Shown here: piece by piece, positions 30,391 through 40,022 of the stretch
How positions within the stretch are numbered: position 1 is the first letter of the stretch
Layout: every line of letters begins with the position of its first letter
Source of the DNA: an uncultured archaeon
GTDB taxonomy: Archaea > Asgardarchaeota > Thorarchaeia > Thorarchaeales > Thorarchaeaceae
Assembly: GCA_964631415.1 (NCBI GenBank)
Contig: CAZVZC010000001.1
Location: 119,042 to 183,041 of the forward strand
DNA length: 64,000 nt
Reading direction: 5' to 3'
Translations under genes and position numbers: made by a program
The notes under the pieces: model-generated
Seen by the model: the letters and a program-made list of their open reading frames with translations, nothing else
Database searches by the model: none
Told to the model about the DNA's origin: nothing

Positions 30391-33348
30391 TTGAGCCTGC
30401 TCCATACAAGAATAGTGCCTCTTGCTCTTTTCATGCTGCTCTTCACAAGCAGTCTGGCGGTACTTGCTCCATCGGTGATGACGCCGGTACTGAGAACGCC
30501 GGTCCAGGACTCACAAGGATACACCGTGGCAGGGTTGGCTTCGAATGCATCTATTCCCTATATGGATTGCCACTATGGTCTTGCGGATGGCATAGTCGAT
30601 CCGAGGGAGTACTCCTACAACTACACAGACCCGGTCAGCGGGATCACAGTCTACCTTGAGCACAACTCTACAGTCCTGTTCGTTGGGCTCACTGCTCACA
30701 CATCAGGCTGGATTGGTCTTGCTTGGATGAACTACACTGAAGGCTTCACTACAGACGGCATCAATGGCAGTGACCTGATTCTTGGCTATGCCCCGGACAC
30801 TCCCCATGAAGTCGTTCAGAGGGTCACAGGTTCAGAGGCTGTCACCGTGCATTACAGACTGTTCCTGAGAAACGGAACGCTACTCCAAGAGGGTAATGTA
30901 CCTGATGACACCTCTACAACAGCAATTCGTGATGAAAGCCTTCTTGATGGCTACAAGCGCCAAGTGTATGGCATGAGGATTGGGGAAACACGGCACTTCA
31001 TGATTCCCGCCGCTGAGGGGTACACGACATCTACCGATTCTCTGTATGGTCAAGACTTGGAATATGTCATAACACTCACCCGGATTGGCACTGATTTCAA
31101 CAACCCCGCCCGGTCAAGCCGCATCACGTACAGTGATTGTCATGGAATCAGCACCTTCCAACACCTCGCTGACGCCAATCGGAGTCAGATACTCGCAGCA
31201 AATGCCAGCGACGATGGCACAACAACGCAGCTTGAATACTTTATCAGAATGAACAGCACCGATACTAACGACATTCCACTGCTGAACGCCACGGATGTCT
31301 GGTATCCTTTCGCATTCATGTTCGGTGCAACAGAGGACTTCAACACTCTTCCTGTTCAGCATAGCGACTGGTCGAGCCCTCTTCTAGTCAAGCTGATGCC
31401 CAATGAGGCACCCACAATCGTTGTCAAGAGCCCTGGGGAAGACGAGCCCGTTGCATGGGTGACCAATGTCAAGGTCAATGCAACGGACAACACTTTTGTC
31501 AGGCGTGTTTTCTATCGCATAGACGATGAAAACTGGACAGAACTAGACTATAACTTCCAGACGCTTCTGTGGGAGTCCATCCTTGACCTCTCTAAGTATG
31601 AGAATGGCACACATGTATTCCGTTTCAATGGGACTGACCCATCAAACGTGACCACCGTCATCTCGACGAACGTGACAATCAGCCGACCCTACGTTCCGTT
31701 ACTGGGAATGAGACTTAGTGTAACAAGGACAGTGACCACACTTCTGTTTCACGGCACACAGGTGACAGACGAGTTCACAGTCCGGAACAACGGCTCGGCC
31801 CCGATTGGAGCCATCGAGCTGTTCCTGCCGCAACCTTTCACCTCGCATTTCCTCTCATTGACAGCAGAGGACGGCTCGGCGAAACAACTCAGGGTCGTGC
31901 AACTTGATGATGTCGGAGGCATGATGCACTGGAGAGTCCACTTCGCTGAAACCGTTGGCTTTCAGGAGTCTTACGTCGTGAAGATGGTGATGTTCCTTCA
32001 CTCATTGCACACTCTGACCAACTTCGATTCAAACCTCTACGAACTCAGGTTTCTGAAGTATCCAGTTGTCCCTTATGTCCTCAGCTCCGCATCGCTCAGC
32101 ATGGGTCTTAGGAGTGGCGACACCGCTCAAGGGGTGTCACCAGAGGGCAGAGCCAGCAATCTTCCACCAATGAAGATCGAGGAGTTCACGCTCCCGCTGA
32201 AGTCATACACGCCGCTGATAGTGGCGACGCGTGTCACTACAGTGACTGTAGACCCTTGGGGTTGGTTGACATATCACGAAACGATTTCGATTGAGAACAT
32301 AGGACCTGCGAAGGAGAGCACTTTTGCGTTCACGTTCCCAACGTACTCGACGGACATCAAGGTCTATGATGAGGTGGGAATACTACAGAAGTCACAGAAG
32401 ACTATAGAGGGCGACCTGTGGAACCAAACGATCCGATTGGACGTCAATCTGAATGAGCGTTTTGGGGAAGTCCAGTCATTCTGGCCCGGCTTTCGCTACA
32501 CATTCCAGATAGACTACAAGGTCTTGGCCTCTAGTCACCAGAGCCCGGCCAGCGGAGCGAGTCTTCTGACGATTCCGATGGGCACATTGGGATATATGAC
32601 AGTCACGACGCATACTGTTGATGTGGTCCTACCTGCCTCAGTCTATGTCTTGGAGGTGTCTAAAAGCTACAGACTTCTATACGGCGTCTTTGATGACACG
32701 CTGAGATTCGTGAGCACGAACACAACTGAGAATAACCCACCGACCGTTACGTTACTCTATCGCACCTCCCTGTGGGTCGCGATGAGGCCTCTTGCCTTCT
32801 CACTCATCTTCGGACTCTTTGCTTTCGCCTACGTTGCGTACAGGAAACTTAAGCTACCCGCGGCGATGGTCACGATCGCAACTTCAGAGGAAATAGCTGC
32901 AGAGGCCCAGCAGACTGGTGCACCTCCCGAGCTTCTCAGAAGGTTTGCGAGCACCTATTCGAAGAAGACCTCACTGGATCTTGACTTGGAGAATCTGGAG
33001 GCAGCATTGAAGCGAGGAAAAGTGAAGAAGAGAGAATTCACGATTCGCGAGGGCGACATAAAGACTCAGCTTGAAAAGATTGACAAAGAGCTAAGTGGTC
33101 TCAAGGATGAGGTTATGTCCCATGGACCCAAGTATAGGGACATGGTCGCACAGCTTGAGCTGCACGAAGAGCGAATTGCTGGTGCAAAGGCCGGTCTCAA
33201 TCAGCTACTTATCCGGAAGAAGAAGCAGAGAATCAGTGCCGGGGCCTTCGAGAAGACGCGCCAGGACTATCTCAAGGCTATCAAGAAGGCGATAGCTGCC
33301 ACAGACCGCATCCTCCTGTCAATCGAAGAAGAAGCTGGAGAGTTCTGA
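30391..33348 (+). CDS. Ribophorin I (Ost1)-like type I membrane protein with N-terminal DOMON[FKBP insert]-Ig module and cytoplasmic coiled coil
   Basis: Signal peptide; DOMON halves; FKBP-like aa ~145-233; Ig-like aa ~338-430; ribophorin-like VDPWGWLTYHETISIENIG, VYDEVG, VVLP, RPL+TM; helical tail. Confidence 0.75.
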   Translation: MSLLHTRIVPLALFMLLFTSSLAVLAPSVMTPVLRTPVQDSQGYTVAGLASNASIPYMDCHYGLADGIVDPREYSYNYTDPVSGITVYLEHNSTVLFVGLTAHTSGWIGLAWMNYTEGFTTDGINGSDLILGYAPDTPHEVVQRVTGSEAVTVHYRLFLRNGTLLQEGNVPDDTSTTAIRDESLLDGYKRQVYGMRIGETRHFMIPAAEGYTTSTDSLYGQDLEYVITLTRIGTDFNNPARSSRITYSDCHGISTFQHLADANRSQILAANASDDGTTTQLEYFIRMNSTDTNDIPLLNATDVWYPFAFMFGATEDFNTLPVQHSDWSSPLLVKLMPNEAPTIVVKSPGEDEPVAWVTNVKVNATDNTFVRRVFYRIDDENWTELDYNFQTLLWESILDLSKYENGTHVFRFNGTDPSNVTTVISTNVTISRPYVPLLGMRLSVTRTVTTLLFHGTQVTDEFTVRNNGSAPIGAIELFLPQPFTSHFLSLTAEDGSAKQLRVVQLDDVGGMMHWRVHFAETVGFQESYVVKMVMFLHSLHTLTNFDSNLYELRFLKYPVVPYVLSSASLSMGLRSGDTAQGVSPEGRASNLPPMKIEEFTLPLKSYTPLIVATRVTTVTVDPWGWLTYHETISIENIGPAKESTFAFTFPTYSTDIKVYDEVGILQKSQKTIEGDLWNQTIRLDVNLNERFGEVQSFWPGFRYTFQIDYKVLASSHQSPASGASLLTIPMGTLGYMTVTTHTVDVVLPASVYVLEVSKSYRLLYGVFDDTLRFVSTNTTENNPPTVTLLYRTSLWVAMRPLAFSLIFGLFAFAYVAYRKLKLPAAMVTIATSEEIAAEAQQTGAPPELLRRFASTYSKKTSLDLDLENLEAALKRGKVKKREFTIREGDIKTQLEKIDKELSGLKDEVMSHGPKYRDMVAQLELHEERIAGAKAGLNQLLIRKKKQRISAGAFEKTRQDYLKAIKKAIAATDRILLSIEEEAGEF

Positions 33349-33380
33349 TTTCCAGTCCCATTTAGCAAGTCTTATCACAT

Positions 33381-34274
33381 ATGAAGAGGACAAGAGATGC
33401 CCTAATGGGGGATGCCGTTATGGCCAGAAGTACACCCTTTGACAGAGAGAAAGTCAGCGTGCGCAAGACTTTGGGTTCGGGCACCAAGTCCCTAGAGATG
33501 TATCAATACTTGAGCAGATCCCCGAAGGTCCAGTCTTATCTTCGCAGTGCCAACCGTATGGCAGTGTCCCGGCTGGGATACACAGACCATGGTCCGGTTC
33601 ATGCTGAGGTGGCCACGTGGAATGCACTCACAGCCTTTGATATCCTTGTTCAGACATTCCGCCCCAATGTTGTTGCAGAGGGGATTGGTGACACGGATGA
33701 CGCACGCATGGTCGTGCTGGCATCCACTTATCTACATGACATAGGCATGGTCGTTCACCGCAATGAGCATCCCCAAGCCGCAGTTCCTCTTGCCAGTGTG
33801 ATTCTAGATGAGAAGCTCGCAGAGCTCTATGAGGATCCCGGAAAGGCGACGGACATTCTGTCATTCATGCTCCATGGAATATACGCACACGATGATGACA
33901 CACAGTGTCTGACTTTCGAAGCCGGTGTCACCAAGCTGGGTGACGGTTGTGACATGACAAAGGGTAGGACTACCATTCCATTTCAGAAAGGCAAGGTGGA
34001 CATCCATTCACTGAGCGCCATGGCAATAAACGACGTCATACTTGAGCGTGGTACTGAGAAGCCTCTTCAGATAACGGTCGATATGGACAATCCAGCCGGC
34101 GTATTCCAAGTCCAAGCCGTTCTTGAAAAGAAGATATCAACGTCGGGACTGAGTGACTATGTTTCTATAGAGGCTCTGGTGAACGGTGACCGATTGGTCT
34201 TGTCTCAAGTCAAGAGGCTCTTCAGAGTTGAGATGGCAGACTCTCCGCCTTCAATAAGCGTCAAAGAGAAATGA
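33381..34274 (+). CDS. HD-domain phosphohydrolase
   Basis: RLGYTDHGPVH, YLHDIG, HD, DGCDM, DIHSLSA. Confidence 0.85.
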   Translation: MKRTRDALMGDAVMARSTPFDREKVSVRKTLGSGTKSLEMYQYLSRSPKVQSYLRSANRMAVSRLGYTDHGPVHAEVATWNALTAFDILVQTFRPNVVAEGIGDTDDARMVVLASTYLHDIGMVVHRNEHPQAAVPLASVILDEKLAELYEDPGKATDILSFMLHGIYAHDDDTQCLTFEAGVTKLGDGCDMTKGRTTIPFQKGKVDIHSLSAMAINDVILERGTEKPLQITVDMDNPAGVFQVQAVLEKKISTSGLSDYVSIEALVNGDRLVLSQVKRLFRVEMADSPPSISVKEK

Positions 34275-34278
34275 TGTA

Positions 34279-34387
34279 TGGTAGCCCCGCCAGGGTTCGA
34301 ACCTGGGTCGGCGAGGGTCTTCACCCCATAGGCTCGAGGCTATGTGGTTCCAAAACCCGCCATGCTGGACCACTACACCACGGGGCT
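34279..34387 (-). tRNA. tRNA-Gln(TTG) with 33-nt intron at 37/38 (34317..34349)
   Basis: Cloverleaf AGCCCCG...TTCGAAC...CGGGGCT-A-CCA; bulge-helix-bulge junctions. Confidence 0.92.
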
Positions 34388-34419
34388 GTTTCTATCAGAT
34401 GATGACTTTGATGAGCATA

Positions 34420-34740
34420 TCAGGTTTCGGATGTGAGGCCAAAGGGCACTCCATTCTTGAGTATGTCGACAGGGATGCGGTCCTTCCACCTCTCCAGAAA
34501 GGCGTTCTCCTCTTTCCTCTGTCGTCCATCCAGTCTCAAGTCATCCGGCAGCATACAGGGGATTCCCTCAATGACCGGATACCATCGGCCGCATTTGGGG
34601 CATGTGATCAGCGCCTCATCGATTTCCTCCACTGCCTTTTCCTCTGCCTCCACACTGTGTGCTTCATATACTTCAAGATGGAGTTCGTTCCTGCAGTCAC
34701 TACGAGGACAGACCAAGATTTCCATCAGCCAGCGCTTCAT
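34420..34740 (-). CDS. trm112: Trm112 family methyltransferase activator
   Basis: MKRWLMEILVCP...CPKCGRWYPVIEGIPCML. Confidence 0.9.
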   Translation of the reverse strand: MKRWLMEILVCPRSDCRNELHLEVYEAHSVEAEEKAVEEIDEALITCPKCGRWYPVIEGIPCMLPDDLRLDGRQRKEENAFLERWKDRIPVDILKNGVPFGLTSET

Positions 34741-34884
34741 TCACATTCTCTCCCTGACCTGTTCTGGTTCAACTGTAGCAGTTTAAAAACAATTCTGGAA
34801 GGCCGTGCCCCTGACCAATCCAAAAGCGTATTTGGCGGACATGTCGCGCCTTGAGTCGCACCAAGTGCAGGCCGGTGTACTGTC

Positions 34885-36288
34885 ATGGAGTCCAGACACC
34901 CATACCTTCCAATCACAAAAGAAGCTGAAGAAGAGATGCTCAAATCGATTGGACGCAAGTCGCTCGAAGAGCTATTCTCTACCATTCCCGCGAAGTTCAG
35001 ACTGAAGCGTGAACTGAAGATACCTGATTCACACAGTGAGCTTGAGGTCACACGCCGGATTCAGGAACTGGCTGGCAGGAACCGATCCAGAGAGGATGGC
35101 CGCATCTTCCTAGGATCCGGGGTTGGATTGCATTACATCCCAGCAGCAGTCCGTGCCCTAGCAGGGCGCTCTGAGTTCGTGACGGCGTATACAAGCTACC
35201 AACCCGAGATAAGTCAAGGAATGCTTCAGACACTCTTTGAGTACCAGAGTCTCGTGGCGGAGCTCTTGAGCATTGATGTTGTTAACAGCAGCATGTACGA
35301 CATGGCCAGTGCTCTTGCGGAAGCCGCAAGGATGACGGTCCGCGTTGGTGCGCGGCGATCACGCTTCTTGGTGCCCAGTACAATCAATCCAATGCACTAC
35401 AGAGTACTGTCTACATACGCCGAACCTGCTGGTATTGAAATACAGAAGGTGGCGTACAATCACGTCACCGGACTGATGTCGATGGCCGATCTCAAGTCGA
35501 GAGTAGATGACACAGTCGCAGGAGTCTATGTTGAGAACCCGAGCTATCTGGGATTCATAGAAACTCAAGTCGACGAAATCAGTAAGGTCGTACACGATGC
35601 AGGTGCATTCCTCGTTGCCGGCGTAGACCTGCTGTCGCTAGGTGTCATGCGTCCTCCGGGCAGCTATGGTGCCGATATAGTCATAGGTGAGGGACAGGAG
35701 CTGGGATCGCCCGTGTCCTACGGCGGTCCGCTTCTGGGAGTATTCGGATGCAAAATGGACAGACGGCTTGTCTATCAGATGCCTGGGCGGCTCGTAGGCA
35801 TGACAAGGACCACTGCAGAGCCCTACGAACGGGGTTTTGTCCTGACTCTGAGTCCGCGTGAACAGCATATCCGAAGGGAGAAGGCAACAAGCAACATATG
35901 CTCGAATGAAGCCCTGCTTGCAGTCACTGCCGCCATCTACCTATCACTTTTGGGTCCTGCTGGCCTGAAGCAGATTGGCGAAGCAATAGCCTACAGGTCA
36001 AACTATGCTGCAAAGGAGCTCAGTACAATACCTGGAGTAATAGCCCCGGCGATTGGCAAGTCTGTCTGGAAGGAGTTTGTGGTTCGATTCGAGAAGGGTG
36101 TGTCTGCTAAAGTTGTGCATGATGGTCTTCTGGCCCGCAACATGCACGGTGGTCTATCACTGACCAAAGAGTTTCCTGCTCTTGGTGAGTCAATGCTACT
36201 CAGCGTGACAGAAGTCCACACCAAGGCCATGATAGATGACCTTGTGAAAGCAGTGAGAAACACTGTCACACGAGGAGGTAGCCGCTGA
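34885..36288 (+). CDS. gcvPA: Glycine dehydrogenase (decarboxylating) subunit 1
   Basis: YTSYQPEISQG, NSSMYD, REQHIRREKATSNICSN. Confidence 0.96.
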   Translation: MESRHPYLPITKEAEEEMLKSIGRKSLEELFSTIPAKFRLKRELKIPDSHSELEVTRRIQELAGRNRSREDGRIFLGSGVGLHYIPAAVRALAGRSEFVTAYTSYQPEISQGMLQTLFEYQSLVAELLSIDVVNSSMYDMASALAEAARMTVRVGARRSRFLVPSTINPMHYRVLSTYAEPAGIEIQKVAYNHVTGLMSMADLKSRVDDTVAGVYVENPSYLGFIETQVDEISKVVHDAGAFLVAGVDLLSLGVMRPPGSYGADIVIGEGQELGSPVSYGGPLLGVFGCKMDRRLVYQMPGRLVGMTRTTAEPYERGFVLTLSPREQHIRREKATSNICSNEALLAVTAAIYLSLLGPAGLKQIGEAIAYRSNYAAKELSTIPGVIAPAIGKSVWKEFVVRFEKGVSAKVVHDGLLARNMHGGLSLTKEFPALGESMLLSVTEVHTKAMIDDLVKAVRNTVTRGGSR

Positions 36289-37856
36289 TGGTAACTCGAG
36301 CCATTGATGATAGCAAGGTCCACCAAGCCAAGTGGGACGAGCCATTGATTTTCGAGCGTTCCACTCCTGGAGTGGTAGGACACGTGTTACCCGCTGTTGA
36401 GGATGGTATAAGGAAGGCAGTAGGTCCGATGGAGTCTCTTCTACCCGAGCAGATGCGACGCATGCAGCCGCCAAAACTCCCTGAGGTTTCGGAACTGCAA
36501 GTCATACGCCACTTCACACGCTTGTCCCAGATGAACTTCGGAGTCAACTTGGGGACCTATCCACTGGGCAGTTGCACCATGAAGTACAACCCAGCAGTGA
36601 ATGAGTGGGCTGCTGCACTACCTGCGTTTGCATCCTTGCACCCACTGCAGGATGTGTCAACTGCACAGGGTTCATTGGAGATGATGTGGGAACTCGAGCA
36701 GTGGCTGGGTGAGATAACTGGCATGGATGCAGTGACACTACAGCCCGCAGCGGGAGCCCATGGAGAGCTGACTGGTGTGCTCATCATGCGGCAATACCAT
36801 AAGTGTGTCACAGGAGAGTGCACTCAGCGGAACGAGATGCTGATTCCCGATGCTGCACATGGCACGAATCCCGCATCAGCAGCCATGGCCGGTTATGAAG
36901 TGGTTGTGATACCTTCCAACAAGGAAGGGTTTGTTGATACTGATGCGCTCAAGAGCGCAGCCGGTCCTCACACAGCTGGTCTGATGTTGACAAACCCGAA
37001 CACAATCGGCCTGTTCGAGAAGAACATAGAGGAGATTGCAGGGATAGTACACGACGCGGGCGGCCTACTGTACTATGACGGCGCGAACTTCAACGCAATT
37101 GTGGGTGTGGTTCGCCCTGGTGACATGGGGTTCGATGTGGTGCACATGAACCTCCACAAGACTTTCTCGACGCCACACGGCGGGGGCGGCCCCGGCTCAG
37201 GTCCAGTCGGTGTGAAGCAGAATCTTGCTGAGTTCCTGCCGGTCCCTCGGGTCGTGAAGAAGAAGAATGGCAGCTTCGACTTGGACTATGATCTACCGCG
37301 GTCGATTGGCAAGGTCCATGGCTTCTATGGCAATTTCGGGATTCTGCTCAGAGCCTATGCATACATATACGCACTGGGCCGACAAGGACTCAAGAGAGCA
37401 TCTGAAACCGCAGTCCTCAACGCAAACTACTGTGGGTATCACGTTAGTCGAATTCCGGGCTTCAGTCTGCCATACTCCCAAGACGCTCCGCGGATGCATG
37501 AGTGTGTTGTCTCAGCAGAGGACCTAAAGGCCAAGACGGGCGTGGCGGCTATGAACGTGGCAAAGCGTCTTCTCGATTTGGGAGTTCATGCTCCAACTAT
37601 ATACTTCCCGGTGATAGTGCCTGAAGCACTCATGATCGAACCTACTGAGTCTGAGTCAAAACAGGAGCTGGACGCGCTTATTGAAGCAGTGCGACGGGTT
37701 TCTGACGAGGCGTTTCAGGACCCTGACAGAGTCACTAGCGCTCCGCACAACACCGCTCGTGGTCGTCTTGATGAATACAGAGCTGCCCATCCGAAGACAC
37801 TTACTCTCTCGTGGAGAATGCACTTGGAGCGGGAAGCCGAAGAAGGCGAAAACTAG
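36288..37856 (+). CDS. gcvPB: Glycine dehydrogenase (decarboxylating) subunit 2
   Basis: PLGSCTMKYN, HGTNPASA, NLHKTFSTPHGGGGPG (PLP Lys). Confidence 0.96.
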   Translation: MVTRAIDDSKVHQAKWDEPLIFERSTPGVVGHVLPAVEDGIRKAVGPMESLLPEQMRRMQPPKLPEVSELQVIRHFTRLSQMNFGVNLGTYPLGSCTMKYNPAVNEWAAALPAFASLHPLQDVSTAQGSLEMMWELEQWLGEITGMDAVTLQPAAGAHGELTGVLIMRQYHKCVTGECTQRNEMLIPDAAHGTNPASAAMAGYEVVVIPSNKEGFVDTDALKSAAGPHTAGLMLTNPNTIGLFEKNIEEIAGIVHDAGGLLYYDGANFNAIVGVVRPGDMGFDVVHMNLHKTFSTPHGGGGPGSGPVGVKQNLAEFLPVPRVVKKKNGSFDLDYDLPRSIGKVHGFYGNFGILLRAYAYIYALGRQGLKRASETAVLNANYCGYHVSRIPGFSLPYSQDAPRMHECVVSAEDLKAKTGVAAMNVAKRLLDLGVHAPTIYFPVIVPEALMIEPTESESKQELDALIEAVRRVSDEAFQDPDRVTSAPHNTARGRLDEYRAAHPKTLTLSWRMHLEREAEEGEN

Positions 37857-37925
37857 GCGAAACTGAGCTCGACCAACGCCCTACCAAAAACATTAGAGCG
37901 TTTCGAGGAAGACAACGAAACAGCG

Positions 37926-38297
37926 ATGATGATTCAGAAGAGAGTCGGTCGCCACAATATCGTTCTGGACGCTAGGCCTGTCGGGAACGACTTGCTGGTG
38001 GTGATTTACGGTGGCGATGAACACCACATTGGCGCCGTCGCGGTGGCCTATCCTACAATGAGTCACTACAGAGAAAAAGGCACTGTCAGTCTAAACTCCT
38101 TGACGCTACCTGGGCACAGTGACTACGTCGTGGCAAACTCCGCAGCAGAGAAGATATGTAAGGCCCTACGGATCACCACAGTAGTGACTGTCGGTATTCA
38201 CATGGAAAACGCGTCAAAAGAGGAGATTGAGGGAGCAGTCAAAGCCGCCGACCTGATGGTGGATGAGATGATTGCCCACCACAAAAGGCCGCCGTAA
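37926..38297 (+). CDS. LpdD / proteasome-assembly-chaperone (PAC4)-like fold protein
   Basis: DLLVVIYGG..HIGAV...PGHxD...VTVGIH pattern. Confidence 0.7.
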   Translation: MMIQKRVGRHNIVLDARPVGNDLLVVIYGGDEHHIGAVAVAYPTMSHYREKGTVSLNSLTLPGHSDYVVANSAAEKICKALRITTVVTVGIHMENASKEEIEGAVKAADLMVDEMIAHHKRPP

Positions 38298-38315
38298 CGA
38301 TTGGAGGTGTGTCGG

Positions 38316-38600
38316 TTGCGAATTGTGTTCAAGTCCTTTGGTCAGCTGCGGAAAGTGCTCGGTAGTCAGTCGATTGAGATAGATGTGCCAGAGCAGTCAA
38401 CGATACGTGATGTCATTGACAGGGTGATAGCCATTGGTGGTGCAAGCGTGAAACGGCAGGTTATGGAGGGTGACCGAATCAGTGGGAGTCTGATAGTGTT
38501 GCTCAACAAGAGGGACATTGACACGCTCCAAGGGGCCAACACTATTCTGAACAAAGACGATGAGGTGGCTATACTCCCGCACGTTCAAGGGGGCACATGA
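38316..38600 (+). CDS. MoaD/ThiS/SAMP ubiquitin-like protein ending GG-T
   Basis: FGQLRKVLG, IVLLNKRDI, DEVAILPHVQGGT; TTG start after GGAGGTG. Confidence 0.85.
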   Translation: MRIVFKSFGQLRKVLGSQSIEIDVPEQSTIRDVIDRVIAIGGASVKRQVMEGDRISGSLIVLLNKRDIDTLQGANTILNKDDEVAILPHVQGGT

Positions 38601-38633
38601 CAGTCGCTCAGAGGTAAGGCAATCTTGGACGCA

Positions 38634-39635
38634 TTAGCTCTTGCCCTGAACGGTGATATCGATGATCTTTCCAGTCTTTGCGCTGGCTCTAGCCGCGTCT
38701 ACTATACGAAGGGCTCCAACGCCATCATCAAGACCCACTTTTGGGGTTCCCCCGGTTTCTATGCATTTCAGGAAGTCGTTTATGACCTCCTGAACTGGTT
38801 CCCCATAGACCTTGATCGTCGCACCTCTCTCAGGCAGATTGATAGTCCTGTTGTCTGCTGACGGTTCCTGGTCCAAATCCTGCACCTTTATGATCTGACC
38901 AAACAGGTCCAGAAGCAGAGTTCCTTTAGTCCCGGAGATGTCCATCTCCCTTCTTCTGCCTGCATACTGTCTAGACAGATGAAAGACGTGTTGAGTACCC
39001 GTTTCGAACTTGACGAGCACGGTGGCTGAGTTGAGGACGCCTCTCTCGGAATCACACTGTGCATACAGCTTTGCACGGCCACTGCTTATCCTTGCCATTA
39101 TGTCAAAGTCGTGGACTCCTATGTCCTCGAAGACATCACCGAGTGAAGCGATTCTCGAAGGTTGGACGAAGCCCCTCCTGTCATGAATGACTGTCCGAGG
39201 GGTGCCAATGGCCCCGGCCTTTATCAGAGCGATTGCTCTCTCGACCACGGGGTTGTAGATCTCGGAGTGGGAAACGATGGTGACTAGCTTCTTTGCACGG
39301 AGTACGCCCGCAACCCTATTCGCATCTTCGAGCGTGCTGGCCAACGGTTTCTCTATCAAGATTCCCTTGAGCTTGTCATAGCTCTTGGCGATCTTTTCTG
39401 CAATACTGGCGTGTGTGAATGTTGGCGTTGATATGATAACCCCATCCAATGGGGTTTCTGCGATCATCGATTCGAAGTTGCTGTATGCCTTCACACCGTA
39501 GATGGCGGCGATTTTCTGTGCTCTCTCGAAGTCGGTGTCTGCCAGAGCGGCCAATGCACGCATATTGCCGAGTATCCTCGCGTGTATTTGCCCCATGTTG
39601 CCAACACCGATTATCCCTATCCTTGGAATCGCCAT
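38634..39635 (-). CDS. Gfo/Idh/MocA family NAD(P)-dependent oxidoreductase
   Basis: GIIGVGNMG, TPTFTH, IEKP, DIGVHDFD. Confidence 0.9.
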   Translation of the reverse strand: MAIPRIGIIGVGNMGQIHARILGNMRALAALADTDFERAQKIAAIYGVKAYSNFESMIAETPLDGVIISTPTFTHASIAEKIAKSYDKLKGILIEKPLASTLEDANRVAGVLRAKKLVTIVSHSEIYNPVVERAIALIKAGAIGTPRTVIHDRRGFVQPSRIASLGDVFEDIGVHDFDIMARISSGRAKLYAQCDSERGVLNSATVLVKFETGTQHVFHLSRQYAGRRREMDISGTKGTLLLDLFGQIIKVQDLDQEPSADNRTINLPERGATIKVYGEPVQEVINDFLKCIETGGTPKVGLDDGVGALRIVDAARASAKTGKIIDITVQGKS

Positions 39636-39732
39636 CTTTGAGAACCCCTGTGGTTTCGCCTCTGTCGAGCCCCAGATTCCCTTATAGGTTGCTCTCTTGC
39701 ATGGAACAACAGAGCTGTTTCAAGAAGCATGA

Positions 39733-39850
39733 TGGTGCGGAGGGAGGGATTTGAACCCTCGATTCGAGCGCTCAAGCAAGAGCTAGGAGCGTACCCCTAC
39801 GAGACAGGCGCCTCAGGCCTGCGCCTTTGACCTAGCTTGGCAACCTCCGC
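39733..39850 (-). tRNA. tRNA-Leu(GAG) with 30-nt non-canonical intron between variable arm and T-stem (39763..39792)
   Basis: GCGGAGG acceptor, CAGGC-CTGAGGC-GCCTG anticodon arm, TTCAAAT T-loop, CCA. Confidence 0.88.
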
Positions 39851-40022
39851 AGTTTCCTCGCAATTCCTGTGCAAACCAATGATAAGGATTACTATGGGCT
39901 TGCCAACTCATTCTGTCAGAGGTCTGGCCGACCATCAGTTGGAGCCAACATGCACAAAGACGGATTCATGTGTAGGTGAAACCATACTTGTCCGACGTCC
40001 TGTTGACACCAGTAGAATGAGA

